From the human T2T-CHM13v2.0 reference genome, Homo sapiens, in NCBI RefSeq assembly GCF_009914755.1, contig NC_060937.1: a stretch of DNA of 64,000 nt. One strand, written 5' to 3'. The number at the start of each line of letters is the position of its first letter. The first letter of the stretch is position 1. Position numbers and translations under genes: made by a program. This document shows positions 25,224 to 40,749 of the stretch, in pieces. The notes beneath the pieces were generated by a model, which did no database searches, had not been told where the DNA came from, and saw only the letters and a list, made by a program, of their open reading frames with translations.

Positions 25224-25703
25224 CTTCTGCATCACCAAGCTGCACGCCCTTCCCTCACAAATAATAAAAAGGGGGAGGTGGGAAAAGAAACAAGCACTGA
25301 AAGAAAGAGGATGAATAAGTGAATGAATGAAACATCTTAACAAACCTTTGGAAGTGGGAAGCACATAAGCAGGTTAATGAATGAAGCAGGCAGAGACACT
25401 GAAGCCTTGAGTACACTTGGAAGAAACTACAGAGAGGCTGGTCAGTTAGTTGGGCAGAGATCTGAACACCTCTGAGCTAAGAGTCAGCAAGCAGAGCAAG
25501 TGGCAGGAAGAAAAAGTGAAAATTAAAGGTGTAATTGAAGGTCAATAAATATGAACTGCAGACCACTTAGCCAATAAAACAGCCACATCCATTATGTAGC
25601 CATAACCCCACATATATGTAATTGGGGTATCAAAAAAGAGGCAAGAATGGGAGACAATTTTTTTATTTGTGAGGGAAGGGCGTGCAGCTTGGTGATGCAG
25701 AAG
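25224..25703. repeat. long-range inverted repeat, perfect 41-bp arms (25224-25264 / 25663-25703)
   Basis: cttctgcatcaccaagctgcacgcccttccctcacaaataa and its exact reverse complement. Confidence 0.95.
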
Positions 25704-25949
25704 TGAAGCATATGACCAGGTCCGCTCCCATGTTTTTAAAATTGTTATTTTTAAAAGCATAACAATTTCTAAGCATGAAGAGCCCAGACAGTGGACCTTT
25801 GCTCATAAAAGTAAAACCTGGCCTACTTGCCTGTAAAGAAATTAAATTAAGTGCTTGGAGAAAATGAAAATTTCTAGGGTTCACGTGGGCACAAAATAAT
25901 AAAGTTCTCTTCATTGTTATAATGATAGCTTCTAAAGTTCCAGCCTGTC

Positions 25950-28060
25950 AACTTCTGCTTCTGGAGTAACAGTCATAGCCATTCCTCCCCCATTCAACAA
26001 CTGAAAATCACACAAAATATATATAACAAGTTTTCAGACTTTAGATGAAAGGCAGTGCAGATTCTTGAGAGAAGAGAACAAGTGAGATGTGAGACCGATG
26101 GTTTCCAGAACATGTCCAGGCTGAAGAGCAGGAAGGAGGGTATCAAACAGAGCATCTCAATCTCCCTGTGATAGGGAGATAGAGTTTAGAACTGAGGGAT
26201 GACAAGGTGTTTAGAATTTGCAGGAAAGATTATAGGAAAGGGGAGAGCATTGCAGAAAGAGAGCCTTGGACTTCTTTAGAGGGTTTCCCTCAGATCTTCA
26301 GCAGACTTTTCAGTGAATCTTTGTGAGGAAAGTACTTAAGGCTAAGAGAAGAATTTCTAGATAAAAGCAGGGAGAGAACAATCCTCAGAATTCTCACAGG
26401 GCTAAGAATAATTCACAATTCCAACAGCCAGAGTTGAGAAACCCCATACTGCACAGAACATTAAGTAGGATATTCACAAGGGTGTTGCCTAAGTCATGGG
26501 GGGCAATTAGAGCTGGACTAAAGGCTGCTCTGGTCCCACATAGCAATGCTTGCATGGAAAACTTGAAATAATCAAACAATTTTCAAGTAACTTAACTGCA
26601 CCCCGGAACAAATCTCAAGATTAGAGGAATGCAGAAAAATGCAGCAGCCAACAATGAAAAATTCACACTATCTGTCATCACATAAAAAATACTAGGCATG
26701 AAAATAAGAAAGAAAATACAAAATATAGTAAGAAAAAAATCAATCTGTAGAATCATACTCAAAAATAACATAGCTGAGAGAAATAGAAGAAAAGGATACT
26801 AAAACAGTCATTGTAAATCTATTTCATATGTTCAAGAAGGTAGAGGAAAGCATGAGTATGTTAAGGACAGACATAGAAGATATTTCTTAAAATACACAAA
26901 TTGAAATCTACAGAACAAAAATACCATGGGTGAGATTTTAAAAAGTAAAACACTTAATGAAATTAACATCAGATTAGACACTACAGAGCATATGACTAGA
27001 GAAATGGAAGACAGCAATAGATATTCAAAATGAGAAAGATGGGGGAGGAAAGACAGAAAAAATTAAACAGGGTATCAGTATGCTATGAGACAACTTTAAG
27101 TAGCCCCATATATATGTATTAGAGTATCAAAAGAGAAGCAGGAATGGCGGACAAAAATATTTGAAGGAATAATGGCAGAAAATTTTCCAAATTTGGTGAA
27201 AACTATAAATGCACAGATACAAGTAACTCAGTCAAAGCGAAGGAAAATAAACATGAAAAAAGCCATTAAGGCACATGATTAATGACAAAAAAATTAATTC
27301 AAATGCTCAAAACTCAGTGATAAAGATAAAATCTGAAGAAAGAAGAAACAAAAAGACACCTTACATGTAATATGTAAAACAAAAATTAGAACAGCAGACT
27401 TTACTTCAGAAATGATGCAAGCCAAAAGATAGTAGAGAAACATTAACTTAGGAGTATTGAAAGAAAAACATCATACTGAAATTCTATACTCAAAAAAAGT
27501 AACTTTCAAACACAAATGTGAAATATTTCCAGATAAAAATAAAAGCTGAGCTAGTTCGTTGACAGCATTCCTGCTTACAATAACTGTTAGTCTTTTAGGC
27601 AGATGGGACATTATATCAGGTTAATATCTGGATCTACAGAAAGGAATGAAGAGCACTAAAATGGTAAACATGAATAAATATACATTTTTATTTTTCAACT
27701 TTTTAAAAATGTTTTAAAAGGTTTTAACATGTGGGATTTATAATATATGTAGAAGTAAATGTTGGACAAAAATAGCAAAAAAGAGGGAAATAGAAGTATA
27801 CCGCTTGAAGGTTCTTAAACTATTAATCCATGTGAAGGAATACAATATTACTTGAAAGTAAATTGTAATAAGCTGAAGAAGTATTCTATAAAGTCTGAAG
27901 CAATCTTAAAAATAAAGCACAAACAAAAAACAGATGTACCTAATAAGCCAATACAGGAGGTTAAATGGAATCATAAAAATATCAATTCATCTAAAAGAAG
28001 AGATAAAATTCTTGTTTATAATAGAATTTTAGCCAATAAAAGGCAAAAATGAGAGAATTA
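25950..28060 (+). mobile_element. ancient L1M 5' region / ORF1 relic (continues in pieces to about 29930)
   Basis: Degenerate ORF1 motifs 'atttgaaggaataatggcagaaaattttccaaatttggtgaaaac', 'cagcagactttacttcagaaatgatgcaagcc'; 3' pieces such as 'ccaaatgcaacatgtgggccttgcttggatcctgattcaaac'. Confidence 0.7.
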
Positions 28061-28069
28061 GAAAAATAG

Positions 28070-28711
28070 TTTTTATTTTTTACTTTTATTTTAGGTTGAG
28101 GAGTACATGTGTAGGTTTGTTATGTAGGTAAATTACATGTCATAGGGATTTGGTGTGCAGATTATTTCATCACCCAGGTAGTAAGCATAGTACACAATAA
28201 GTAGTTTTTCAATCCTCGCCCTTCTCCCACCCTCCACCCTCAAGTAGGCCCTGGGGTCTGTTGTTTCCTTCTTCGTGTTCATATGTACTCAATGAGTAGC
28301 TCCCACTTATAAGTGAGAACATGTGGTATTTGGTTTTCTGTTTCTGTGTCCGTTTGCTTAGGATAATGGCCTCCAACTCCATCTATGTTGCTGCAAAGGA
28401 TATGATCTCATTTTTTTATGACTGCATATTATCCCATGGTGTATATATACCACATTTTCTTTATCCTTTCTACTACTGATGGGCATTTGGGTTGATTCCA
28501 TGTGTTTGATGTTGCGAATAGTGCTGCGATGAACATATGCATGCATGTGTCTTTATGGTAGAAAGATTTATAGTCCTTTGAGTATATACCTAATAATGGG
28601 ATTCCTGGTTTGAATGGTAATTTTAAGTTCTTTTAGGAATCACAGAAAAAAAGGGAATGCTTATTCATCACTGATTGGAATATAAATTAATTCATCCATT
28701 GTGGAAAGCAG
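28070..28711 (-). mobile_element. L1PA15/16-like 3' end with a short 5' inversion (28644-28711)
   Basis: Antisense L1 3' UTR and ORF2 end to 28643, then sense 'aagggaatgctta...ccattgtggaaagcag'. Confidence 0.85.
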
Positions 28712-28836
28712 AAAATCATCATGTTAAAATACCTAATAAGAGAATGGGTCTAAAAAATTATTTGCAGTAATTATTAAAATCATAAAGCCTACGGTTTTCA
28801 TAATGAATGGATCAGGCTAGTATCACCTGAACCACC

Positions 28837-29224
28837 TGATATGGTTTGGATATTTTGTGTTTTCCAAATCTCATGCTGAAATGTGATCTCCAATGTTGCA
28901 GGTGGGCCTAGTGGGAGGTGTTTGGTCATGAATGGCTTAGTGCTGTCCTCATGGTAATGAGTGAGTTCTTAGTCTATGAGTTCATGTGAGACTGGTTGAT
29001 TAAAAGAGGCTGGTACCTCCTCCCTCTCTCTCTCTCACCATGTTACATGCTGGCTCCCCTTTGCCTTCCACCACGATTGTAAGCTTCCTGAGGTCTCACC
29101 AGAAGTAGATGCTGGCACTAGGCTTCATGTACAGCCTGCATAACTGTGAGCCAAATTATCCTCTTTTCTTATAAATTACCCAGTCTCAGGTATTCCTTTA
29201 TAACAATGCAAATGGATTAACACA
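28837..29224 (+). mobile_element. MST (MSTB-like) solo LTR
   Basis: tgatatggtttgga...caaatggattaacaca; TSD ccacc/ccact. Confidence 0.9.
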
Positions 29225-29395
29225 CCACTTTTATGTCTTCTCATCAATAAAAGACTAGACATGTGCCTCCTGCTGTGATGCAACAGGACATGCACAACAC
29301 CAGCAATGAAAGATTCTTGTCCTTAAACCACACAAAACAAAAATGCTAATATAAGCAAGTTTTTCCATCTATGTAGGATATAGAAAACTGTTAAA

Positions 29396-29685
29396 CACAG
29401 GAACAGAAAGTCAAACACTGCATGTTCTCACTCATAAGTGGGAGTTGAACAATGAAAACATATGGACACAGGATGGGGAACAACACACAACAAGGCCTGT
29501 CAGGGGTTGGGGAAAAGGGGAGGGAGAGAATTAGGACAAATACCTAATGTATGCAGGGCTTAAAACCTAGATGACGGGTTGATAGGTGCAGCAAACCACC
29601 ATGGCATATGTATACCTACGTAACAAACCTGCACATTCTGCACATGTATCCCGGAACTTAAAGTAAAATTTTTAAAAATTAAAAA
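29396..29685 (+). mobile_element. L1PA8-like 3' end (5'-truncated)
   Basis: L1 3' UTR 'aggacaaatacctaatg...cttaaaacctagatgacgggttgataggtgcagc'; 12-bp TSD aaaactgttaaa. Confidence 0.92.
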
Positions 29686-30280
29686 AAAACTGTTAAAGGA
29701 TACCACATGTATACAAAGCTAAATTCAGAATTTAAGATATTCAATAAAATAAAAGATCCAGCTCCTTCCACCAATAAATGTCATGAGAAAGTTTTAAGAG
29801 AACTATCAGCCAAATGCAACATGTGGGCCTTGCTTGGATCCTGATTCAAACAAAGCAACTGTAGAGAGACATTTTCATACAGTCAGGGAAAAAGTGAGGA
29901 GGGACTAGATACTAGATATCTTCTCCATAATCTCTCATGCATCTCTCCTGAAATACAAAACAACTCTCAAAAAATGATTTTTGTTACATTCTTCTTTATT
30001 TGGTTTGGTTTTTAAAGTCCCACTTTAATTATACTGACACCTGTTTTATTCTTTACCAGCTTTAATCACTTGCACTGATATTTAATGGAGAGAATGATGT
30101 ATATAAGAGAACAGTTGCCAACTTGCAAATGCTAACAAAATGCTAAAAGACCACATGCATCTGTCAGGCAAGTAATAATTCATATGAGAAATTATATGAG
30201 ATAATTATACAAGATAATTAAAACACATAAACCACAATAATTCAATATCACCACCAAATACTTCAAAGTAGCTAAGGGAC

Positions 30281-30851
30281 TGAAGGATATACCATCCCAA
30301 AATTTGCCAAATTGGTAAATTGATTATTTCAAATTAAAAACATTGGAGAAATTGGAGTTTCAGAAAGGGCTAGACGACCTGTCCCTTTCTGCATGCATCA
30401 AGTCATAAAGATTCCTCTGGGAGGGATACCGTCCCTGTACCAGAGAGAGAAAACAGCCTTTATCTCCAGAGTGGTAATCAGGGGGCTGCAATGGACCTGA
30501 AGAAAGGAACTTCCCGAAGTAACCCTTATCTTGCAGTAGTTTTACACCCCGCCCACCATGTATCTCCTAGTGACTTCCCTAGAATTTACTGCCCCTAACC
30601 AGGTCCTCTTGTCCCATCATTTCTTTACAAATTTTTCATTCTTTGTCCAAAACACATAAAAGCATTTTGCTTTGACCATGTCTGTGGACATCAGTCTCTT
30701 GTGAAAATCCCCATGTACATGTAAAACTAACAACATGTATATGTTTTTCTCTTGTAAATCTGCCTTATGTCCATTTGGTTCCTAGTTTAAGCCGAAGAGG
30801 CCACATAAAAGCTAATGGGGGTTTGGAGATGATCTCTCACTCCCCTGGACA
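30281..30851 (+). mobile_element. ERV1 LTR (MER34/MER39-like)
   Basis: TG...CA ends; 'tataccatcccaaaatttgcc...tgattatttc' resembles the MER34-group 5' end. Confidence 0.5.
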
Positions 30852-31030
30852 GCATTGTGTGACTCATCAAATACTCACTGAGTTCCTTACCATTGTCATT
30901 GATGCAGAGTATATTAATAGTTTCTGTTCTTCAGAAAAGCCCTGTTTTCTTTTTGAAAATAATATACAAACTGAGCTTAAAGTCTTTTCAATCTTAAAAT
31001 GTTCAGTCAGCAATATTTTGAATATCTCCC

Positions 31031-32794
<1,764 letters not shown>

Positions 32795-33409
32795 ATTGGG
32801 TTTTATGATTATTAGTGTTACTAAATCAAGCTGAAGCTGGATATGTTTCAAATTTAATTGATGATGTCCTACTGCCAGACTTCACATTGCAGTTATTTAG
32901 ATTAAATAATCTTACATATAGAGAGAATGTTTGTAATACAGTTGCTCCAAAGTCAGTTGTTTTGGGAGCCCAAACCTCCAGGTGGGATTTCAAAGCCCAT
33001 ATAGTGGGCTTTTCCACTGTCTTTCTATGTGAACATAAGCAAGTTACTTAGAATCCCTGTGCAAAATGGAAACAATCATAGAGTACTTGTAGCCTAGCAA
33101 CTTCTCGAAATTCTTATTTGACAATGTCTATAGAGTGCTTTCTGCTTGTTAGAGGAAGAGGGACTTTGTAAAAACAAGCCATTACTGGTATCTTAAGGCA
33201 GTACCTACTGGAGCAGGGTCATATTGTTCCACATTTGCCACCAGTTCTGTAATTCTTTGAAGAGCTAAGCTATCCAGGATTGGAAATAATTTTAATAATG
33301 TATGTACAGGGACAACCTCAGTTAAATAACACAGAACTGGAGACTTCAAGCAATGAGCATTTCTCCAAACAGAAGAAAACCCACCTCCTTCACAAGCAAC
33401 AATAGCAAT

Positions 33410-33630
33410 TAAAACAATACTTATTTAGCAATTACTATGTGCCAAGAACTCTTCTAAATGTGTTACATGCAATTCCTCAATTATCATAGCAACCCTGTGA
33501 AATAGACAATATTCCTATTTCCATTTGATAGATTTTAAAAAAGGCACTTGGAGAGCTTAATTGGCAAAGGCAACTCACAAATTGCAGTCACGGGATATAA
33601 AGGCAGGCCATCAGATTCAGGGCAGAATTT
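33410..33630 (-). mobile_element. MIR fragment
   Basis: 'tactatgtgccaag...caaccctgtgaaatagac...ccatttgatagat'. Confidence 0.55.
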
Positions 33631-34049
33631 TGACCACTATTCATGTCCAGTCAAAGGTGAAAAAGCATGAGGACTTTAGGAGGAAAAAAATATTTTCCTC
33701 TTCACTTTATGACATCAGCCAAATTTTTCACATGATCCACAGATTTAAGGTTGGATGATACAAATTACAGAGGCAAGGAAAGTAGAGGCCACAGCTGTGG
33801 TCCTTGAAGGGTTTGAGTTCCAGGAAGACCTGCTATAGACATACGAATCCTGGAAAGGTAAACAACATACCTAGTTGTGACCTGTAAGGTAATGACCACA
33901 TGCTCCTAGAGTTTAGCTAACACTACTCATATAACACTAAGCATACAACTGGGATCAGCCACCATGTTAATCTCTGATTCACCAAAAGTTTCACTCAGTC
34001 TATCATTAACGAGGAAAAGAAGTGATAGCCAAATGCATTCACAAGTTAT

Positions 34050-34830
34050 ACCAGGCTGATCTCATTTATTTTTTGAAAGAATCCCTAAACTCATAGAGAG
34101 AATGCCATAAAGTTAGAATACCTGAAATTCAGTAAAGGTTTTGGACAAGATACTCAAATGTAGGCTGATAATACCATAGGTAGATGGATTTGGACCTTGT
34201 TGTAGGACTAGAGAGGGCTCATTAATGAAACACAAGTTCAATTTAATGGAATGCACCTTGTCTCATGTTGCAGAGATTTCCCCTGTCATCTTCAATGTTT
34301 CTATCAATGATTTGAATGAGGACATTGATATGGTTTGGCTGTGTCCCCACCCAAATCTCATCTTAAATTGTAGCTCCCACAATTCCCATGTGTCATGGGA
34401 GGGACCTGGTGGGAGGTAATTGAATCATGGAGGCAGGTCTTTCCCGTGCTGTTCTTGTGATAGTGAATGGGTCTTATGACATCTGATGGTTTTATAAGGG
34501 GGAATTTCCCTGCACAAATTCTCTCGTCTGCCGCCACGGGAGGAAGACATGACTTTGGCTTTCCACCATGATTGTCAGGCCTCCCCAGCCACGTGGAACT
34601 GTGAGTCCATTAAACCTCCTCTTTTTCTTTATAAATTAACCAGCCTTAGATATGTCTTTATCAGCAGCATGAAAACGGATTAAGACAGACATAAAAAGCA
34701 AATGTACCTAATTTGCAGATTTCAAGAATCTGGGAAATGCCTGAAAGCTGAATAACAGAATCAGAAACCAAAGAGTTTAACAGACTGAAATGAGGAATTC
34801 AAATTAACAAAATATAACGTAAACAAAGCT
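34050..34830 (+). mobile_element. L3/CR1 reverse-transcriptase relic interrupted by THE1
   Basis: Degenerate CR1 RT motifs: 'tacctgaaattcagtaaaggttttggac' (YLDFSKAFD-like), 'ttcaatgtttctatcaatgatttgaatgaggacat' (FNIFINDL), 'tttgcagat' (FAD). Confidence 0.65.
34326..34687 (+). mobile_element. THE1B-like solo LTR
   Basis: tgatatggtttggctgtgtccccacccaaatctc...ggattaagaca; perfect 5-bp TSD gacat. Confidence 0.95.
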
Positions 34831-37039
34831 TGACTCATTCTGTGTGGCACTGGAAAGGAGGCCAGAATTGGTCAGTAGAATTTACTTAAAGGCAAAATTT
34901 ATTTTAATATGGAAAGTACCTTTCTAAAAATACTATTTCCAAATATTTTTAAATAAATATCTTAAGAAGAAAAGTAAAAAAAATACAAAACCCAGGAATT
35001 TTTATATTAGACAATTGGTTGCCTAAATAGTTTTCTCTTTAATAGAGTACTGAATAGCAAATAGTTTTGTAAGAATATATTATGTATTTTTGTATATTCA
35101 AGTATGCCATTGGAAAAATAGAGGATATTAGCCTCTCTGTAGTTCAAAGAATTTCTTTGAAGAGTCAATTCAAATAAAAGAACCAGCTTATGGAATTTTC
35201 AGAACTCATGAAGCCAAACCAGGAACATAAGCTACAGCAATTTTGCCACACAATAGCTGTGTTGCCTGTATATGGCTATTTAATCATGGTCCTTTACACA
35301 GAGATGTAGCACTGAATGAAGAAGAGAATATGCAGAGGAACCCAAGAGTCAAAAGGACCTTGCTTTTCTTTTGTTTCAGCTTTACTTAATATACTATGCC
35401 TTCTATTGCATATGCAACCCATAAGTTTTTTAGCTATTTATAGATTAGTTATATCACCAGAAAAAAGACACAGGATAAAACATTTCAGTGCCAAAATTCA
35501 GCTTTTCTGAGTTCACTTGTTCACTACTAACAGATTTTTTTTCCTGTGTATTTTTAACTTAAGCCATTTAACTTCTCAAGAGATTTTGTTGTCTTTATGT
35601 GTTTTAATTTAAAAGCTGTTAAGAGTTTTTCATTTGTTTGTTTGTATATTCCACTAATAGTTTTATCACGTTTTGAATCATCTATATATGGACATTAGAA
35701 TTTACAAAACATTGTTATGTATAAAATTACTTGAGAGTGGATTCTTGCTAATATACTGTAACAGATTTTTAAAGAGACACTGTAAACATGTAGGTATATT
35801 GAAGCCATAGTTAATGATTACTGTACATTTTCAAAGATTTAAAAATTCTAAAACTATAGTATTCTCCAATGAGCAAAATTTAAAAAGTGATTTCAGAGAG
35901 TACACTATAATTGAATTTCAGTAAAAATAATTGGTATAATGTCTTCTAACATCTAATGTGGGAACATTTCAATTCAAAATGGTGCAATCAGTTTATACAT
36001 GACAATGATACATGCACAGACACACACATGGATATGCACACACAAAAAGAATATTGAAAAGACTTATCTAGATTAGAAAAAAACATATAAGCAACTCTGG
36101 TGGAATCAAAATGTCAAAGAGTGAACAGGCTGAAATCAGAGGTGTGTTAAGCCCAGGATGCTGAAGCAGGTATTGAGGGCTTGGCTCTTTCAGAGTGAAG
36201 GAAACTAAAAGTGCTCCATATGAAATAGGAATAGGATTTAGTGAAGGATAAGAATAATGGGAGTTGGAGTCATTGCTTAAATCTGGGGGCTCAGCTCCAC
36301 CCATCTTCAACTAAAAGGTGTGCTTATTGTGCATCCTTACCCACAGTTGTTATAAAAGCTGATCAGAAGAACACTAAGAGCCTCATACTCATGAATGGAA
36401 TAGTACTAGGTGGTCCTGCAATTTGTTCTGTGGTCATCTCAGGTAGAAGCCTCAAAGCTAAATTACAAGACTTGGTATTTGTTTGGGGGAGCAAAGGTCT
36501 AGATGAAGACAATTTTAAAACTGATACATGGAAAAGAGGTGGGAATGAAGAAGAGAGAGGAGACGGAGATTAAGAGTGAAGCTGGATTAGGAAAGAGGAA
36601 GTTGAAATAGGGCAATGAAGAGAATAACATGGAAAGCAGCAATGGAAATATATATATATATATGAAACAAATGTATATATATATATATTCACTATCAAAA
36701 TGAGCTTGACAAGAAAAACATTAAAATATATTAAGAATTTTGTTGAAGGAAACAGTACAAAATCAGCTTTCAAAATGGAAATTACTTCCGGTGATAATTT
36801 TATAGAGCACATAAAAAACATTTCAATAATTATTTCTAGGATATTCAAAGAAATACATAAAAATGTTTCTTCCAATAGTATAAGAGATTATGAAACAGAT
36901 CAGAAAGCTCAGTCAAGTAGGAATTACAAATCATCAAGCATAAATCTTAGAAGGGAAATATATAGTATTTAAAACTTAAAAAATCAGTAGAGTAAAACCT
37001 AAATTGGAAATAGTCAAAAAAAAAGTTATTGAAAAATAG

Positions 37040-37412
<373 letters not shown>

Positions 37413-37737
37413 CCAGTGGATTATTTTTAACGTAAATTCCCAGGAACAAGGAATGGAGAAGAAACATGCATAAGAATAATTGCTGAGACTCTTCCAGAAA
37501 TAATGACATGAATCCTGACCTTCAGAGTACACTCTGAATAGAAAACTAGATACAAATCTAAACATAAACATACATCTTTATATATCTTTCCATATGGCAA
37601 TAAAATGACTTTGCAGGATATCAAAAATCAAGAATTAACTGTGAAGACCATCAGAGAAAAAAAAGCATATTCCCTACACAGATAGAGGACTAGAGGAAAA
37701 GCAGACTTTTTATTAGTTATAATAGAGATGGGATTAG

Positions 37738-37869
37738 CTATGTTGACTGTTATTTCCCCTCATCACTCTGAAGATATTATTTCTGATAGAATAGTAGAAA
37801 TAAAATACACTCTATCTGAAGACTGAATAATATCTTCAGAGTGATGAGGGGAAATGACAGTCAACATAG
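37738..37869. repeat. 44-bp near-perfect inverted repeat
   Basis: Arms 37738-37781 and 37826-37869 differ at one position. Confidence 0.95.
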
Positions 37870-38100
37870 TAAATTAGTCAAGAATGAGAATAAAATGATA
37901 ATATTAAAAGACATAGAAACACTAGAAGGACTAACCCATTCACAGATCTGTACTAAAAAATCTATTGAAGTATGTACCAGAGGAAAGATGAAAGAGAAGA
38001 AATGATGATAAGCACTAAAAGTGATTTAAAATATTGATATATATCTCAAAGCAAACACATACATAATTATGTTACTGTTAGAAGTATAACATTAAAACTT

Positions 38101-38393
38101 GGGGTGGGGGGTTGAGATAGAGTTTTCCTCTGTTGCCCAGAATGGAGTCCAGTGGTGTGAACATGGCCCCTTCCAGCCTCAACCTCCTGAGATCAAGCTA
38201 TCCTCCTGCCTCAGCCTCCTAAATAGCTGGACTACACATGCACACCATTGTGCATGGCTAATATTTTATTTTTTGTAGAGGTGAGGTCTCACTATGTTGC
38301 CCTGGCTGATCTCAAAATCCTGGGATCAAGCAATCCTCCCACGTCAAGCTACCAAAGTGCTGGGATTACAGGCACGAGACATTGCACTTGGCC
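38101..38393 (-). mobile_element. AluJ, tail replaced by a G/C run
   Basis: 'cagcctcaacctcctga', 'ggtctcactatgttgccc', 'caatcctcccac'; TSD aa(c/g)attaaaact. Confidence 0.9.
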
Positions 38394-38744
38394 AAGATTA
38401 AAACTCTCAACAGGATTAGGAGGGTTGTTTAATAAGTAGACAAAACAAGTTTATTGACCGCAGGATTCAAATACTGAATATTGATTCACTAGGAATATTT
38501 ATAATTAAAAATTTCTATCAAAATGTAAAACTCAAGAAGATTGGGCTTCCAAATAAAAAAATTAAAAAACTATATAACATTTTCTCAATTCAAGATAGAG
38601 AAAAAGAGAAAATAGGAAAATAATGCTGATGATCATCATCATGTCAAGGGGAAAATATAAGAATCCTAAGTTACTACTTTGCTCCATCCTAAGTAATTAC
38701 TTTGGAATACCTGAATAAAATGGAAATTATATCACATATTACAT

Positions 38745-38814
38745 ATGTACATATATCATATGTACAATTCATGTACATATATCATATGTACAATTCATGT
38801 ACATATGAATTGTA
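38745..38814. repeat. 26-bp tandem duplication ending in a small palindrome
   Basis: atgtacatatatcatatgtacaattc x2, then atgtacatatgaattgta. Confidence 0.85.
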
Positions 38815-40686
38815 TGTATTAACAATTTTCTTAATATTGAAAGATATTTCTAACTCCCATTTCAATGTCCATATTATGGTGTTAATATAGTGCATGAATA
38901 TATTTTTAATGGTGTATTTAGGATAATCCCATGATTATTCAGAAGATAAAATGATCCACAGTATTTTTAATGTATTCTTTGTAAGATTTTTTTGTGCCCA
39001 CATAATATTGACTTTGTAAAAAGGATTTGAAAATTTTACTTGCCTGTCTATGCTGTGAAATATTTGAATATAATAAGAATTAAAGATTAACTTAAGGATT
39101 TGTTTACTTCATCTGTTAAATTCTTTTTATGAAGGCAGTTGTGTAGTCCTTTGACAGATTCATTTTGTTTATAGTAATTAGTTCGGGTATTTTTCTCTGT
39201 ATGGGTGGTTATTTTATAAACAGACTGTCCCTCTCTTCTGGTGCCTGTTAGGTATATTTTCTTGGAATAGCATCCTGGACAATGAAGAAGAAAGACATGT
39301 GGAGCCTGGGACATTGAGGAACATCACACAGCCACAGCACAGTGTTTACATCCTCGTATTTCCACTAACATGTAGCTGCTGAACTCAATCCTGGCCTAAA
39401 ATCATAGGTGAGAAATTGGTGTATATCAAATGTATGGATGGATTAACAAATGAAATACATACAAATTAAATATTCCATAGATAAGTGAAATGTGTACAGA
39501 TAAAATACAGCTAAGATATATGGAGAATTTTTACTTCAAGATAGGATTCCTTTATAAATGTGTGCTTGTTTAATGTAACAACTGAAGTAGGAAAACACCA
39601 AATTCACTAGCACATTTTTAGTTTTGCTCACATTAGCTATGACCTAATCTGACCTTTAATGATAGTCTAGCATAAGTATGTCATCTTCTCACTAGGTAAC
39701 ACACTTCCCTCAGGTGTGTGTATACGATGAAAACAATAATAACGGTTCTGTGTGATCTCAGTGGCTCCCCTGCTCGGTTCTCTGATCTTTGATGTTTCAC
39801 ACCTTTTTGTTCTACAGTCATGTCATCAATGTTGCTTTATTGTATCAGGGTTTTATAGTTAATTATACATTTCTTTACTTAATGTATTTATTTATCCATT
39901 CAACAAATAATGTTAAGTTTCTAGGCACTGTTCTAGACATCAAAGATATGGGTAGAACAAGAAGCTGACTGGAGGAAATAATTCAATTTTGCTCAAACAC
40001 TTGTACACAGTTTGCTTAAGAATCAGGTATCTGTCACATTATTTCTCAGGGATTTTACTTTATCCAGTACTTCTTTCCAAAGGCCAGGTTCTTACATGAC
40101 GACTTTAATGTGGGTTTAGGTGCCTGTATTTTTTCAGCTATTGCTTTAATCATGGTGCTATGAGGTGAGCACAAGAAATTTCAATATAATTAAGGAATTG
40201 AATTGATTGTTAAGGGTGTTGTATGTGCAACAGAATCACCTGTGAGTTCTGGGTGATGCTAGACAATGCCCACAGCTATAGTCCTGGGAAAAGATATTTG
40301 TTCCCCTCAATTAATAGGGTGATGCAAAAAATAGAATAAATTAGGATTTTAGCTGCATTGAGAATTCTAGCTTCCAAATGCAATTACTATTATGGCGATT
40401 GCTATCTTGTTTTTCCCAGTGTTAATTAAAGTTCCTGTTAGATAATTCTGAGGTAAGAGTGGCTGCTCCATGGTTTAATTCTTTCCAGTGGTTCTGGAAA
40501 AAGTAACTAAGCAAACAATGACCATACTATTCAAGACTAATTAAATAAGTTTCTTGAAAGTGTATGTTATTCATGCCATAACTTTTTTTCTGTAAAATTG
40601 CTTAATATTGTAGTTAGTATTTTCAATTTCCAGCTATGGAAAAAAGTAATTTAAAAATTAATTAATATGTTATTCATCTTTTCTAG

Positions 40687-40749
40687 CATCCTGCCTGCGT
40701 AACTACTTCCAGATGGAAACTCACTGTGTAGGGTGTATGCTATCCTAAG
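40687..40749 (+). other. candidate non-coding or poison exon (63 nt)
   Basis: Acceptor ttattcatcttttctAG, donor AAG|GTAAGT; stops in all three frames. Confidence 0.35.
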
